Shown here in pieces: positions 17,798 through 26,734 of a stretch of DNA of 32,000 nt (positions are counted from its first letter, which is position 1; each line of letters begins with the position of its first letter). Under the pieces are notes generated by a model. It was given only the letters and a program-made list of their open reading frames with translations, searched no databases and was not told the DNA's origin. The position numbers were made by a program, and so were the translations under genes. Location of the stretch: positions 1,140,001 through 1,172,000 of the forward strand of contig NZ_CP013213.1 in NCBI RefSeq assembly GCF_001545095.1, written 5' to 3'. This DNA comes from Erysipelothrix larvae. GTDB taxonomy: Bacteria > Bacillota_I > Bacilli_A > Erysipelotrichales > Erysipelotrichaceae.

Positions 17798-18766
17798 TTA
17801 CTCTGATTCACTTAACGCTAACAATGTATCTAAATTGCGATACATAATTGAAAGATAATCATTGTTTTCATTAATGTCATCTTCACTAAGCGCAAATAAA
17901 TTACTTAAATTAATCTGTGTTAATTGAAGTTCAGTCTTCACCTGATTAAATAAACGATTATAATCCTCTGGCATGTTGCCTTCAAAAGCAATATATTTTA
18001 CACCATCATCCTGAATGCGTTCACGATATACATTCATGAGTTGTTCATCTGGTAATGCACCGTACTTAGACAATACGATTGGATAAACGTTAATACCATA
18101 ACTCTTTTGCCAATTTCCAAAACTTGGTGTTAATGAAACAAATGCTAATTGATTTGTTACATCACGAAGCTTTTGATACTCAGCATAAAGGCGAACTAAA
18201 TCAACCTCGAGGGATTCAAAGTTTTCTTGAAATGTTTCAGCTTCATCTGGGTAATTCTCAACAAGCCAATTTAATACAGAGCGACCCATTGAGGTCATTG
18301 CAATTGGGTCAATCCAAAGAATCGGATCATATTCGTACATATCAATATAATTCAATAATTCAGAATCATAATAAGCACTTTCAAATGTTTGAATTTGACC
18401 ACTTACACGTACGTTTTGATAGCGCTGAAATGCATAAAGTGTTGAATAGACTGATAAGTCAACACGCTGTGCACTTGCGTTTCTAAGTTCTGAATCATAT
18501 AACTCAAAATAAGGTTGTAATTCATTAATATAGAAGATTACATCCGCATTATTAATGACAGATTCATAGGAATCTACAATCGTTGCCCGTTGGGCAACTG
18601 TGCCTTGTTGGAGTCGTGAAACATTCACACGATCCCCTGCAATGCGTTCAACAAGATACTCTAATGGATAGCTGGTTACAACGACATTTAAGCGATCTTG
18701 GACACAGCCTGATAACACCACGACTAACACGCTAAACACAATGAGTTTTTGACATATTCTTTTCAT
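17798..18766 (-). CDS. Lipoprotein with ZnuA/TroA-like (cluster A-I metal solute-binding protein) fold, metal ligands apparently absent
   Basis: 322 aa. Lipobox VLSG/C at Cys21. LNVVVTSYPLEYLVERIAGDRVNV, ADVIFYIN, DPILWIDP and YIAFEGN blocks parallel conserved ZnuA/PsaA/TroA blocks. The protein contains no histidine at all. Confidence 0.6.
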   Translation of the reverse strand: MKRICQKLIVFSVLVVVLSGCVQDRLNVVVTSYPLEYLVERIAGDRVNVSRLQQGTVAQRATIVDSYESVINNADVIFYINELQPYFELYDSELRNASAQRVDLSVYSTLYAFQRYQNVRVSGQIQTFESAYYDSELLNYIDMYEYDPILWIDPIAMTSMGRSVLNWLVENYPDEAETFQENFESLEVDLVRLYAEYQKLRDVTNQLAFVSLTPSFGNWQKSYGINVYPIVLSKYGALPDEQLMNVYRERIQDDGVKYIAFEGNMPEDYNRLFNQVKTELQLTQINLSNLFALSEDDINENNDYLSIMYRNLDTLLALSESE

Positions 18767-18784
18767 AACAAACCTCTCTTAAGC

Positions 18785-18793
18785 ATTATATCA
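18785..18793 (-). promoter_or_regulatory. Candidate extended -10 promoter for the lipoprotein gene
   Basis: Minus strand TGaTATAAT (hexamer 18790-18785) in the 33-nt gap between the AI-2E stop and the lipoprotein ATG. No clear -35 element. Confidence 0.35.
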
Positions 18794-18799
18794 TACTCC

Positions 18800-19882
18800 T
18801 TAGTTTTGTGACTCATCATTCCAGTTATTTGCTCTTAACTTTAGGATTGAGTTTACAGAAAAATACAGTGGCATGGATATCAAAATACCCACAAAACCAA
18901 ATAAAGTCGAGCATGCAAAGAATGAAAACAACGACCAAAGTGGTTCTAGTTTGTCACGTTTATTGAAAACCATAGGCGCAACAACATATCCGTCAACTTG
19001 TGAGAGTACGACAAGTAAGAGTGTTAAAATTACGGCACGTGATAAACCCAAAGTGAGACTGGTTAAAATCCCAATTGAGTGAACAATCGTCGGCCCAATA
19101 TACGGTACCATCATGGAAAGTGCCGTTAACACTCCCAATATTAACGCATAGTTATGTCCCACTAAAAAGTAAACAAGTGTATATTCGACAAAAGCGATTA
19201 ACATAATAACGATTTCAGTACGAACATAGCTTTTCACAGCCTGATCGACTGATTTCAAAGATTTATAGGTGTTAAGGTTTACTTTACGTGCCAATGTGCC
19301 GATGGCTCTTGTAAATCGTTCATAATCAAAAATGAAATAGATTCCAATAATAAACGAAAATAAGATCGTTGTAAGAATGGACAGTGCACTCGTAACAAAA
19401 GTTGTAACATAAGCTGGAATTTCTTTTGTGATGTTAGTCATCACATTCAACATTTCTGAGTAAATGCTCATGATTATGTCTGATGGATTATCACTGGATT
19501 CAATATACATGTTATAAAGTTGTTGAACGCTGTCAACGATTGTTTGACCAAAGAGTGCAAAATCATCAATTAAGTTAGGAATGACTGCAGAAAATAACAA
19601 GGCTATTAGACCAATTACAGCTGCCATGACTACTAATACACTGATTGCTCGGGGTATTTTGAATTTCTCAAGATATCGTGTAATCGGATAAACTAAGTAA
19701 GCAAAACCAAATCCAATGATAAATGGGAAAAGGATTTGTCGAATTAATTTAAAGGCTTCAAGCCACCAGGCAGAAGTCAGCATTAACAAATAAACTACAA
19801 GCAAAATAAGCAAGACCGTTATTAAAGTTTGAAACCCAATATTTTCTTCAATATATGCTTGCGCTTTTCTCGCGATTTTCAT
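18800..19882 (-). CDS. AI-2E family transporter (PerM/YhhT-like permease)
   Basis: Polytopic membrane protein with multiple hydrophobic segments. The C-terminal region ...YIGPTIVHSIGI...VLSQVDGYVVAPMVF... is typical of the AI-2E/UPF0118 family. ATG 19882 (MKIARK) follows SD GGTGAGGTG; the track start at 19894 is a GTG inside that SD. Confidence 0.75.
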   Translation of the reverse strand: MKIARKAQAYIEENIGFQTLITVLLILLVVYLLMLTSAWWLEAFKLIRQILFPFIIGFGFAYLVYPITRYLEKFKIPRAISVLVVMAAVIGLIALLFSAVIPNLIDDFALFGQTIVDSVQQLYNMYIESSDNPSDIIMSIYSEMLNVMTNITKEIPAYVTTFVTSALSILTTILFSFIIGIYFIFDYERFTRAIGTLARKVNLNTYKSLKSVDQAVKSYVRTEIVIMLIAFVEYTLVYFLVGHNYALILGVLTALSMMVPYIGPTIVHSIGILTSLTLGLSRAVILTLLLVVLSQVDGYVVAPMVFNKRDKLEPLWSLFSFFACSTLFGFVGILISMPLYFSVNSILKLRANNWNDESQN

Positions 19883-19912
19883 AATCCACCTCACCTTTTA
19901 ATCATAACACAA

Positions 19913-20437
19913 TCATTGGAAATCTCTACGCGTACGCTTTATAAGCAGTCCGTGGAAAAAACTTCGAATGTTCATCACAAATTTAAACAATAATAAATTA
20001 ATTAAAATCACCCACACACCGCGTTTTGCCATAAAGAACATAAACGATCCAACATAGTTGTGAAACATCACGAGTCCGAGGTACATAACAAATTCCCTGA
20101 TAAACAAAGCGAGTGTCATGATAACGAGCCATTCAATAAAAGATGATCCAATATGTCGATACCAATATTTTACAATAACTACACTAATTCCAAAGCTCAA
20201 TAGATACACTGGATAAGAATCATAATGAAATAAATTCATAATCAGACATAATACTAAAAAGCGTAAACCATACTCTTTAACCTCGTCATTACGTATCGAA
20301 AGAATTAACCCCATGAAACTCATTTGGGACACAAATTCAATCGGTGCAGATAATTGAGTCCACAATGATTGAACAACTAAGTCACATAAAATACAGGTGA
20401 ATAGAAAACCATATTCCATTTTCCGGACATTTCTCAT
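19913..20437 (-). CDS. mreD: Rod shape-determining protein MreD
   Basis: 174-aa hydrophobic protein immediately downstream of mreC with a 4-nt overlap. Assignment rests mainly on position and topology. Confidence 0.65.
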   Translation of the reverse strand: MRNVRKMEYGFLFTCILCDLVVQSLWTQLSAPIEFVSQMSFMGLILSIRNDEVKEYGLRFLVLCLIMNLFHYDSYPVYLLSFGISVVIVKYWYRHIGSSFIEWLVIMTLALFIREFVMYLGLVMFHNYVGSFMFFMAKRGVWVILINLLLFKFVMNIRSFFHGLLIKRTRRDFQ

Positions 20438-21273
20438 GGACGATTCACAACCTTAATATAATCAATTTCATTAAAATTTACACTGGATTTAATATAAACA
20501 ACAATCCCAACACTGTCAGCAACAGGTTTTACACTATCAACAACACCAACAACTAGACCTGTTGGGTAAACACCACCTAAACCGGAGGTAAAGACTTGCA
20601 TCCCTTGTTGGATGGTTGCGCTTGAGTCAAGTAATTGAACCTCAAACACACGATTTTCAGCATCATAGCTTCTTAAAATACCTTGAATTGATATGGAGCT
20701 GTTGACGATGATTTTAACTGAAACTTGGCTTGTTTGAGAGTTTGCTGTAAGTAAACTTACGGTTGCTGAATTTTCTTTTACATCAATAACACGACCAATT
20801 AAACCATTTGCAGCGACCACTGCATCATTCAATTCAACACCTTGATTAGAACCAACATTAATTGTAATTACTTGGTTCCACGAATCCCATGCTCGGTTAA
20901 CGGTTCTACCTGAGATGAGTGAAAATTCTGAATATAAACTATCTAATTGATTTAAAGCTTTTAATTTTTCAACTTCTTGTTCAAGTTCGTATACCCTACT
21001 TGCATCAACCGAAACAGAGCTTAATTGCTCCTTGAGCCGATCAATTTCATATCTTGAATCCCAAAAATTCGCGACATCCTTTGTGAAATTGGATACTGTA
21101 TTTATTGGATAATCAATTGCAGCATAACGAACCATCGAAAAGAATGAGAAAAAACCGCGATCTGCGGAATCGACAAAACTAATTCGCTTAATAGCACCCA
21201 GTCCTAATAATGATACGAGCACCAGTGCCAGGATTCCTACGAGTAATCGGCGGAATGTTTTCTTTTCTTTCAT
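20434..21273 (-). CDS. mreC: Rod shape-determining protein MreC
   Basis: Start at ATG 21273 (MKEKKTFRRLLVGILALV, SD AGAGGTGA). N-terminal TM segment, coiled-coil region (RLKEQL...ELEQEVEKLKALNQL), and C-terminal beta domains with GLIGRVIDV and SGLGGVYPTGLVVGVV. Confidence 0.85.
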   Translation of the reverse strand: MKEKKTFRRLLVGILALVLVSLLGLGAIKRISFVDSADRGFFSFFSMVRYAAIDYPINTVSNFTKDVANFWDSRYEIDRLKEQLSSVSVDASRVYELEQEVEKLKALNQLDSLYSEFSLISGRTVNRAWDSWNQVITINVGSNQGVELNDAVVAANGLIGRVIDVKENSATVSLLTANSQTSQVSVKIIVNSSISIQGILRSYDAENRVFEVQLLDSSATIQQGMQVFTSGLGGVYPTGLVVGVVDSVKPVADSVGIVVYIKSSVNFNEIDYIKVVNRP

Positions 21274-21320
21274 GTCATCACCTCTTAACATTATACAAGA
21301 AATGCGGATAGAAACAAACA

Positions 21321-22016
21321 CTAACCCGCATCGTTTTGAAAAATTTCACTTCTTAGTTCACGCAAAGAAGCATATGAACCGCTTGCAACAAGAATATGAT
21401 CGACAATTGATATACCAATCATTTTCCCAGATTGTACCAATGCCTTGGTTACTTCTAAATCGGAGTGACTAAAATCGAGACTTCCACTTGGGTGGTTGTG
21501 AACTAATACGATTTGATATGTATTGCGTTCAATTGCTTCTCTAAAGATATCACGCGGATGCACTTGACTCATATTCAAGGTCCCCTTAAATAATTCAATG
21601 GCTTCAATCACATTCATGTGAACATCCAAGCAAAGGATCATAAAGATTTCTTGTTTCTCATAGCCAATCAACCCATTAACCCATTGGACAATCTTTAATG
21701 GATTATTGAGGATGTTTTTTTCATGACTTAAGGGTTCATTTAAACGTTTTGATATTTCGATGAGCGCTAATATCTCAGTTGCCTTAACATTTTGAACACC
21801 ATGTAATTTAACCAATTCACTGCGCGTTACATAACGCAGTCCTGGAAGTCCACCCGATAAATTGAGTATCTGATCTGCTAAATCAAGTGCCGATCCCTTT
21901 TTTGAACCGTTTCGAACATATAAGGCTAAGAGTTCTCGATCTGAGAGCGACGAAATACCATTTGCTAATGCTTTCTCTCGGGGTCTTAATGTTACAGGAA
22001 TTTCTTCTATTTTCAT
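21321..22016 (-). CDS. radC: RadC-like JAB/MPN domain protein (UPF0758)
   Basis: 231 aa. N-terminal RPREK...LSDRELLA helix-hairpin-helix region and the JAMM motif LVHNHPSGSLDFSHSD. Confidence 0.9.
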   Translation of the reverse strand: MKIEEIPVTLRPREKALANGISSLSDRELLALYVRNGSKKGSALDLADQILNLSGGLPGLRYVTRSELVKLHGVQNVKATEILALIEISKRLNEPLSHEKNILNNPLKIVQWVNGLIGYEKQEIFMILCLDVHMNVIEAIELFKGTLNMSQVHPRDIFREAIERNTYQIVLVHNHPSGSLDFSHSDLEVTKALVQSGKMIGISIVDHILVASGSYASLRELRSEIFQNDAG

Positions 22017-22048
22017 ACTATCACCTATTCATAAATAGGCAATTATGA

Positions 22049-23236
22049 TTATAATTCCAAAAATTGATTTAAAAAATCAAGGAGAACTTTAAACGATTGT
22101 GAACCAACGCGTTTTCTAAATATATCACGTCCCTGTTTCTCACGAACATTAATTGAGAGGTATTGAATCATGTGGTGTTCTTTATAGGATACTGAAACAG
22201 CTATATTTGCATCGTTGATGCTACAATGTGATAACATTACCAATACGTCACATTCATGATTGTTCATATAATCTTCTTTAAAGCGGATGCTCGCTGCATT
22301 CACGTCTTCTTCAGAAGTATAGATTGATGTGTCTTTGTTAATCAGTGAAGCACTGAATATACATTTTCCATCTTTTAGCCGTGTAATCACTGAACCGTCT
22401 GTAATATTATCGATCATTCCAATAATGCATCCATGCGTATTTAATCGGTTTGCTACCACATTTTCTATTTTTTCTTCGTCGATTGAATAGATGTACGCAT
22501 GGAGTTGCTGTGTTAATGATGCAACAACCGGTTCAATCATCTGATAGGCATCTTTTTTGGTTTTTGCTTTTGCAGTAACTCTTAATTTAACACCATCATC
22601 CATTGCATAGGGTGCAATGGTAGGGTTAACCATTGATTTCATTTGATCATAGATGAGTGTTTCTAAATCAGACTCGCCAATATTGATGAGATAGAGACTT
22701 TTAGAAACAATCGTTTCATCAACATCAGCCCTTAATATTGGTTTTACTTTATGTTCAAAGTTATATTTCATTTCATAGGGCGGTCCTGGTAATAAGACTA
22801 CCGTGATTTTTTCACGTTTCACTACATGTGCGGGTGCGGTTCCCACATCATTGTAAATGGTATGACTGTTTTTAAAGGTATAGGCCTGTTTTCGATTGCT
22901 TGCTGCAATTTGACGACCCCGTTTATTAAAATAAGTTTCGATGAGTTCATACGCCTTTTCATCAAAAACAAGCGTTTCACCAAGAGCTTCTGCGACTGTT
23001 TCTTTCGTGATATCATCATAGGTTGGACCCAATCCGCCTGTAAAAATTACGATATCTGAACGATTAATGCTTTGCTTCACTTGATTTAATAAACGATCAT
23101 GATTATCACCAATAACCGTTTGATAATAACAATCTAAGCCCAAATCAGCACATTCTTTTGCTAAATAGGGTGCATTTGTATTAATAATATCGCCTAATAA
23201 TAGTTCGGTTCCTACACACACAATTTCTACTTTCAT
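22049..23236 (-). CDS. cinA: CinA-like protein: N-terminal MoCF-biosynthesis (MoaB/MogA-like) domain, divergent C-terminal CinA/PncC-like domain
   Basis: Start at ATG 23236 (MKVEIVCVGTELLLGDIINTN, SD GAAGGTGA 5 nt upstream). TGGLGPTYDDITKE and LPGPPYEM motifs. The C-terminal third is poorly conserved (see findings). Confidence 0.8.
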   Translation of the reverse strand: MKVEIVCVGTELLLGDIINTNAPYLAKECADLGLDCYYQTVIGDNHDRLLNQVKQSINRSDIVIFTGGLGPTYDDITKETVAEALGETLVFDEKAYELIETYFNKRGRQIAASNRKQAYTFKNSHTIYNDVGTAPAHVVKREKITVVLLPGPPYEMKYNFEHKVKPILRADVDETIVSKSLYLINIGESDLETLIYDQMKSMVNPTIAPYAMDDGVKLRVTAKAKTKKDAYQMIEPVVASLTQQLHAYIYSIDEEKIENVVANRLNTHGCIIGMIDNITDGSVITRLKDGKCIFSASLINKDTSIYTSEEDVNAASIRFKEDYMNNHECDVLVMLSHCSINDANIAVSVSYKEHHMIQYLSINVREKQGRDIFRKRVGSQSFKVLLDFLNQFLEL

Positions 23237-23281
23237 ATTATTCACCTTCATCTAAATACATTGATAATCTTCAACACCTAA

Positions 23282-23290
23282 ATTATAGCA
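23282..23290 (-). promoter_or_regulatory. Candidate extended -10 promoter for cinA
   Basis: Minus strand TGcTATAAT (hexamer 23287-23282) in the 65-nt gap upstream of the cinA start. No convincing -35 element. Confidence 0.4.
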
Positions 23291-23301
23291 TAGACAACAC
23301 C

Positions 23302-24270
23302 TTACACATGAAGTCTAACAGAAGATTCTTCTGATATTTCATCACAGTGATACGCGCTTATAAATCTTTGAAACGCTTGAGAATCATAGTGTTTAAGGAT
23401 GAAAAGACCACGAAATGTATTAAAAGCCCCTTTTTGACCGGTTTCCAAGCTGAAGTGTATCTTTCCTGGATATTTTTTCCCACGGTTAATCCACCCCTTT
23501 TCAAGGGATTCATTTACAAGGGTCAGTGTATCATTCATTCTTGAATCATAAGGATAGTGTATTTTACAAAAATACTCTAATGCACGGAAACAATCATACT
23601 TCCACCGACATGGATAATGAAACTGAATCATATCGGGGTGGACAACATCACCTGTTCTTAACGATTTGAATAGGTGGCGTTTCAAGAGGTATTCTTGAGC
23701 TTGTTGAGTTTGTTTTTTTACCTCATTCAGCCGGTATGTATAACCGTTTGATTCGTAATCAAATAACGCTTCTAAAACAGAGATTGTTGAATGAAATGAT
23801 CCGACACAGGATTGATTGTGTACTGAATTGTAGGCACAGTTCCATCCCCCATCCCCCATTTGGTACTCTAAAATATAATCAACAATCTCATATATTTTCT
23901 CGTTTTTAAACTGACCATAGCAGACTAAACTCAATACCATTGCTGCCATACACATATCTTGTTGTTTTGTTTTTGAGATGTATCCTTTGTTTTGCCACAA
24001 TTCATCAAGCACAATCTGTGTTGCAGCTTGGTAAGTTGGATGCAAGGGATATATTTCCATATACTTGAGTTCTAGAAGTGTATAGGTACTACTCACCCAC
24101 TTCTTTGAATAGACACTGTTTCTCCACATACAACGCTCAGGATCATAACACTCCAGATATCGTTGAATCAAGCCACCATTTCGATGATGCATTGTTTCAT
24201 CAAGGAGGTATTGTCTTGTTAATGTTTGAATTACGATGTCACCATCTAATAACCATTTGATTGTATCCAT
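23302..24270 (-). CDS. Uncharacterised 322-aa cytoplasmic protein with one squalene-cyclase/prenyltransferase-type QW-like motif (possible alpha/alpha-toroid fold)
   Basis: Start at ATG 24270 (MDTIKWLLDG, SD AAGGGAG 10 nt upstream; the track start is a GTG next to the SD). YILEYQMGDGGWNCAY fits [FYW][LIV]xxxQxxxGxW. The protein is rich in W, Y and C. No signal peptide or TM segment. Confidence 0.35.
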   Translation of the reverse strand: MDTIKWLLDGDIVIQTLTRQYLLDETMHHRNGGLIQRYLECYDPERCMWRNSVYSKKWVSSTYTLLELKYMEIYPLHPTYQAATQIVLDELWQNKGYISKTKQQDMCMAAMVLSLVCYGQFKNEKIYEIVDYILEYQMGDGGWNCAYNSVHNQSCVGSFHSTISVLEALFDYESNGYTYRLNEVKKQTQQAQEYLLKRHLFKSLRTGDVVHPDMIQFHYPCRWKYDCFRALEYFCKIHYPYDSRMNDTLTLVNESLEKGWINRGKKYPGKIHFSLETGQKGAFNTFRGLFILKHYDSQAFQRFISAYHCDEISEESSVRLHV

Positions 24271-24311
24271 ATGAACCACACTCCCTTAATTATAGAGCTT
24301 AAATGTAGGCT

Positions 24312-24346
24312 TAAAATAAAAAGAATCTTGAGAAAAATCAAGATTC
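24312..24346 (-). terminator. Rho-independent terminator after the MFS transporter gene
   Basis: Minus strand GAATCTTGA-TTTTTC-TCAAGATTC (9-bp stem, 24346..24323) followed by TTTTTATTTT. Confidence 0.75.
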
Positions 24347-24354
24347 AAGTTAAT

Positions 24355-25584
24355 TTAATCATACTTTTGTACTTTAGTAAGTAATGCATATCCAATTGCA
24401 AATAATACGACCAACATTAAGATGCCATAGCGTGAATTTCCTAATAGGCTTCCAGATAGCGCGATGAGTAGCGGACCCATAAAATCAGCAAACTTGCCAA
24501 AAATATCAAAGAATCCAAAATATTCATTTGCATTTGATTTAGGAATTAATTGTCCAAAGTAAGAACGAGACAGCGATTGTACGCCACCTTGCACAGTACC
24601 AATAACAATTGCGAGTGTCCAAAATTGCCATTCATGAGCTAAGAAGAATCCAAACACAGCGACACCACTGTAAATGATGATGTAGAATTTTAGAAGGCTA
24701 AGCACTTCAAATTTCTTAGCCATATAGGAAGCAAGGATTGCAAATGGGAATGCAATAAATTGTGTTAAAAGAAGTGCTAACAACATGGCATTACTATCAA
24801 TTCCAACTTCACCACCAAAGGTAGTGGCCATCGAAATAATCGTATATACTCCATCAATAAAGAAGAAATATGCAATCATATATGTAAAGAGTTTTGGTTG
24901 TTGTTTCATCGTTTTTAGCGTTTTGAATACACGTTTAAACGATGACTTCACAAGATTCTTTTCATGACGTTCAACATAGTAATTTTGTTTTACATTTTTA
25001 AGAAGTGGCAATGATAAAACAACCCACCAAACCATGGTAATAATAAATGAGAGTTGAGTTGCGAATTGCATTTCAAGCCCAAAAGTATCATGGAATAAAA
25101 TGAGAACAAGACCAATAATAAATGGGATAGTACTACCGATGTATCCAAAAGCATACCCGTAGGATGAAACGCGGTCCATATTTTCATTGGGTGTGACATC
25201 AACTAACATTCCATCATAAAAGACATTACATGCAGCATACCCAATACGCGCTAGGATAAACGCAAAGAGAAATGCTTGCCATTCAGTAGTGATCGAAAAT
25301 CCAATTCCCCCTAGGATTGCAATTGTAAGGAATAAAACAAAGAGCTTTTTCTTATATCCTTGATAATCTGCAAGTGCTCCCAAGACTGGTGATAAGAGTG
25401 CCAATATCAGGAGTGCTACAGATGTTGCTGTTCCCCACAATGCAGATACATCTGCACTTGAAACACCTTGTGCTTCGGCTAAAGATCTAAAGAAAATCGG
25501 AACTGTTGCAGTTACAATTAAGATAAATGCAGAGTTAGCGACATCGTATAAGATCCAAGAACGTTCTTCTTTTGTGAATTTCAT
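24355..25584 (-). CDS. MFS transporter, UMF1 (Atg22-like) family
   Basis: 409 aa with about 12 hydrophobic segments. The N-terminal ERSWILYDVANSAF block is the signature I associate with the UMF1 family. Confidence 0.7.
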   Translation of the reverse strand: MKFTKEERSWILYDVANSAFILIVTATVPIFFRSLAEAQGVSSADVSALWGTATSVALLILALLSPVLGALADYQGYKKKLFVLFLTIAILGGIGFSITTEWQAFLFAFILARIGYAACNVFYDGMLVDVTPNENMDRVSSYGYAFGYIGSTIPFIIGLVLILFHDTFGLEMQFATQLSFIITMVWWVVLSLPLLKNVKQNYYVERHEKNLVKSSFKRVFKTLKTMKQQPKLFTYMIAYFFFIDGVYTIISMATTFGGEVGIDSNAMLLALLLTQFIAFPFAILASYMAKKFEVLSLLKFYIIIYSGVAVFGFFLAHEWQFWTLAIVIGTVQGGVQSLSRSYFGQLIPKSNANEYFGFFDIFGKFADFMGPLLIALSGSLLGNSRYGILMLVVLFAIGYALLTKVQKYD

Positions 25585-25613
25585 GTTTCTTTTACTGATT
25601 CCCTTCTTATGCT

Positions 25614-25640
25614 AAAAAGCCATAATAACTATGACTTTTT
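25614..25640 (-). terminator. Weak candidate terminator after ftsZ
   Basis: Minus strand AAAAAGTCATA-GTTAT-TATGGCTTTTT. AT-rich stem with one G-U pair and U-run. Confidence 0.35.
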
Positions 25641-25649
25641 TTAATTTCG

Positions 25650-26720
25650 TTATTTACGTTTGAAAAAATCAGGAATTGCGCTGTTCACTTCAGTCTTTTG
25701 AGATACAGGCTCACTTGTATGTGAACTTGTGTATGAAGTGCGAGCATCTCGTCGCATGGTCTCAAAGTCTGGTTCGTCAGGCATATCAAAGCCTGTCGCA
25801 ATAACTGTTACAATAATTGCATCTCCAATGTTTTCATTGATTGCTACACCGAAGATTAAGTCGATGTCATTTCCAGCAGCTTGACGAATGTATTCAACTG
25901 CTTCACTTGCATCTTGAATCGAAATCGCTTCACCACCTGTGACATTAATAATCGCATTACGAGCCCCTTTGATTTGTGCTTCAAGTAATGGAGATGTGAC
26001 AGCCTTTTGAGCTGCTTCAATCGCTTTGTTTTCGCCTTGTGACATACCGATACCGATTAATGCAGTTCCTTGACCTTGCATTACAGAACGTACATCAGCG
26101 AAGTCTAAGTTGATCAATGCGGGTACAGCAATTAAGTCTGTAATTGTTTGTACACCTTGACGCAATACGTTATCAGCTTCTTTAAACGCTTCTTGGAATG
26201 GAATATTACCAATTACTTGAAGTAATTGATTATTACTTACAATGATTAATGAATCCACGAAGGATTTTAGTTCTTCAAGGCCAGCAATCGCATTTTTACT
26301 ACGTTTAGGTCCTTCAAAGGTAAAAGGTTTTGTGACAATCCCGACAACTAGTGCACCTTCCTCTTGAGCAATTTTCGCAACAAGTGGTGCAGCACCAGTT
26401 CCAGTACCACCACCAAGACCGGTTGTAACAAAAACCATATCAGCATCTTTAACTGCTTCTCTGATTTCTGATTCGCTTTCAATTGCAGCTTTACGCCCAA
26501 TCTCAGGCATTGCCCCAGCGCCAAGTCCACCTGTAATATCTGGACCAAGTGCTAGTTTATTTTGCACAGGTGATGTTTGTAACACTTGTAAATCCGTATT
26601 TGCTACATAAAAATCTACACCTTGTAGACCTTCATCAACCATACGGTTGACAGCATTACATCCTGCGCCCCCTACTCCGACTACTTTAATACGCGCGACT
26701 TGATTAGCTCTTATATTCAT
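25650..26720 (-). CDS. ftsZ: Cell division GTPase FtsZ
   Basis: [17 protein letters not shown] and the tubulin signature [10 protein letters not shown]. The ATG at 26720 (MNIRANQ) follows GGAGGG by 4 nt. The track start at 26732 (MEGNMN...) is the alternative. Confidence 0.95.
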   Translation of the reverse strand: MNIRANQVARIKVVGVGGAGCNAVNRMVDEGLQGVDFYVANTDLQVLQTSPVQNKLALGPDITGGLGAGAMPEIGRKAAIESESEIREAVKDADMVFVTTGLGGGTGTGAAPLVAKIAQEEGALVVGIVTKPFTFEGPKRSKNAIAGLEELKSFVDSLIIVSNNQLLQVIGNIPFQEAFKEADNVLRQGVQTITDLIAVPALINLDFADVRSVMQGQGTALIGIGMSQGENKAIEAAQKAVTSPLLEAQIKGARNAIINVTGGEAISIQDASEAVEYIRQAAGNDIDLIFGVAINENIGDAIIVTVIATGFDMPDEPDFETMRRDARTSYTSSHTSEPVSQKTEVNSAIPDFFKRK

Positions 26721-26734
26721 ATTGCCCTCCATAG

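Noticed and set aside
18124-18486. 120-aa plus-strand ORF
   Set aside because: It is antisense to the ZnuA-like lipoprotein gene, with no SD and no recognisable motif. It is typical of a shadow ORF in AT-rich DNA.
22017-22048. Small hairpin CCTATT-TATG-AATAGG overlapping the radC SD, a possible translational control element or cinA terminator
   Set aside because: It has only a 6-bp AT-rich stem and no U-tract. That is too weak to call without conservation or experimental data.
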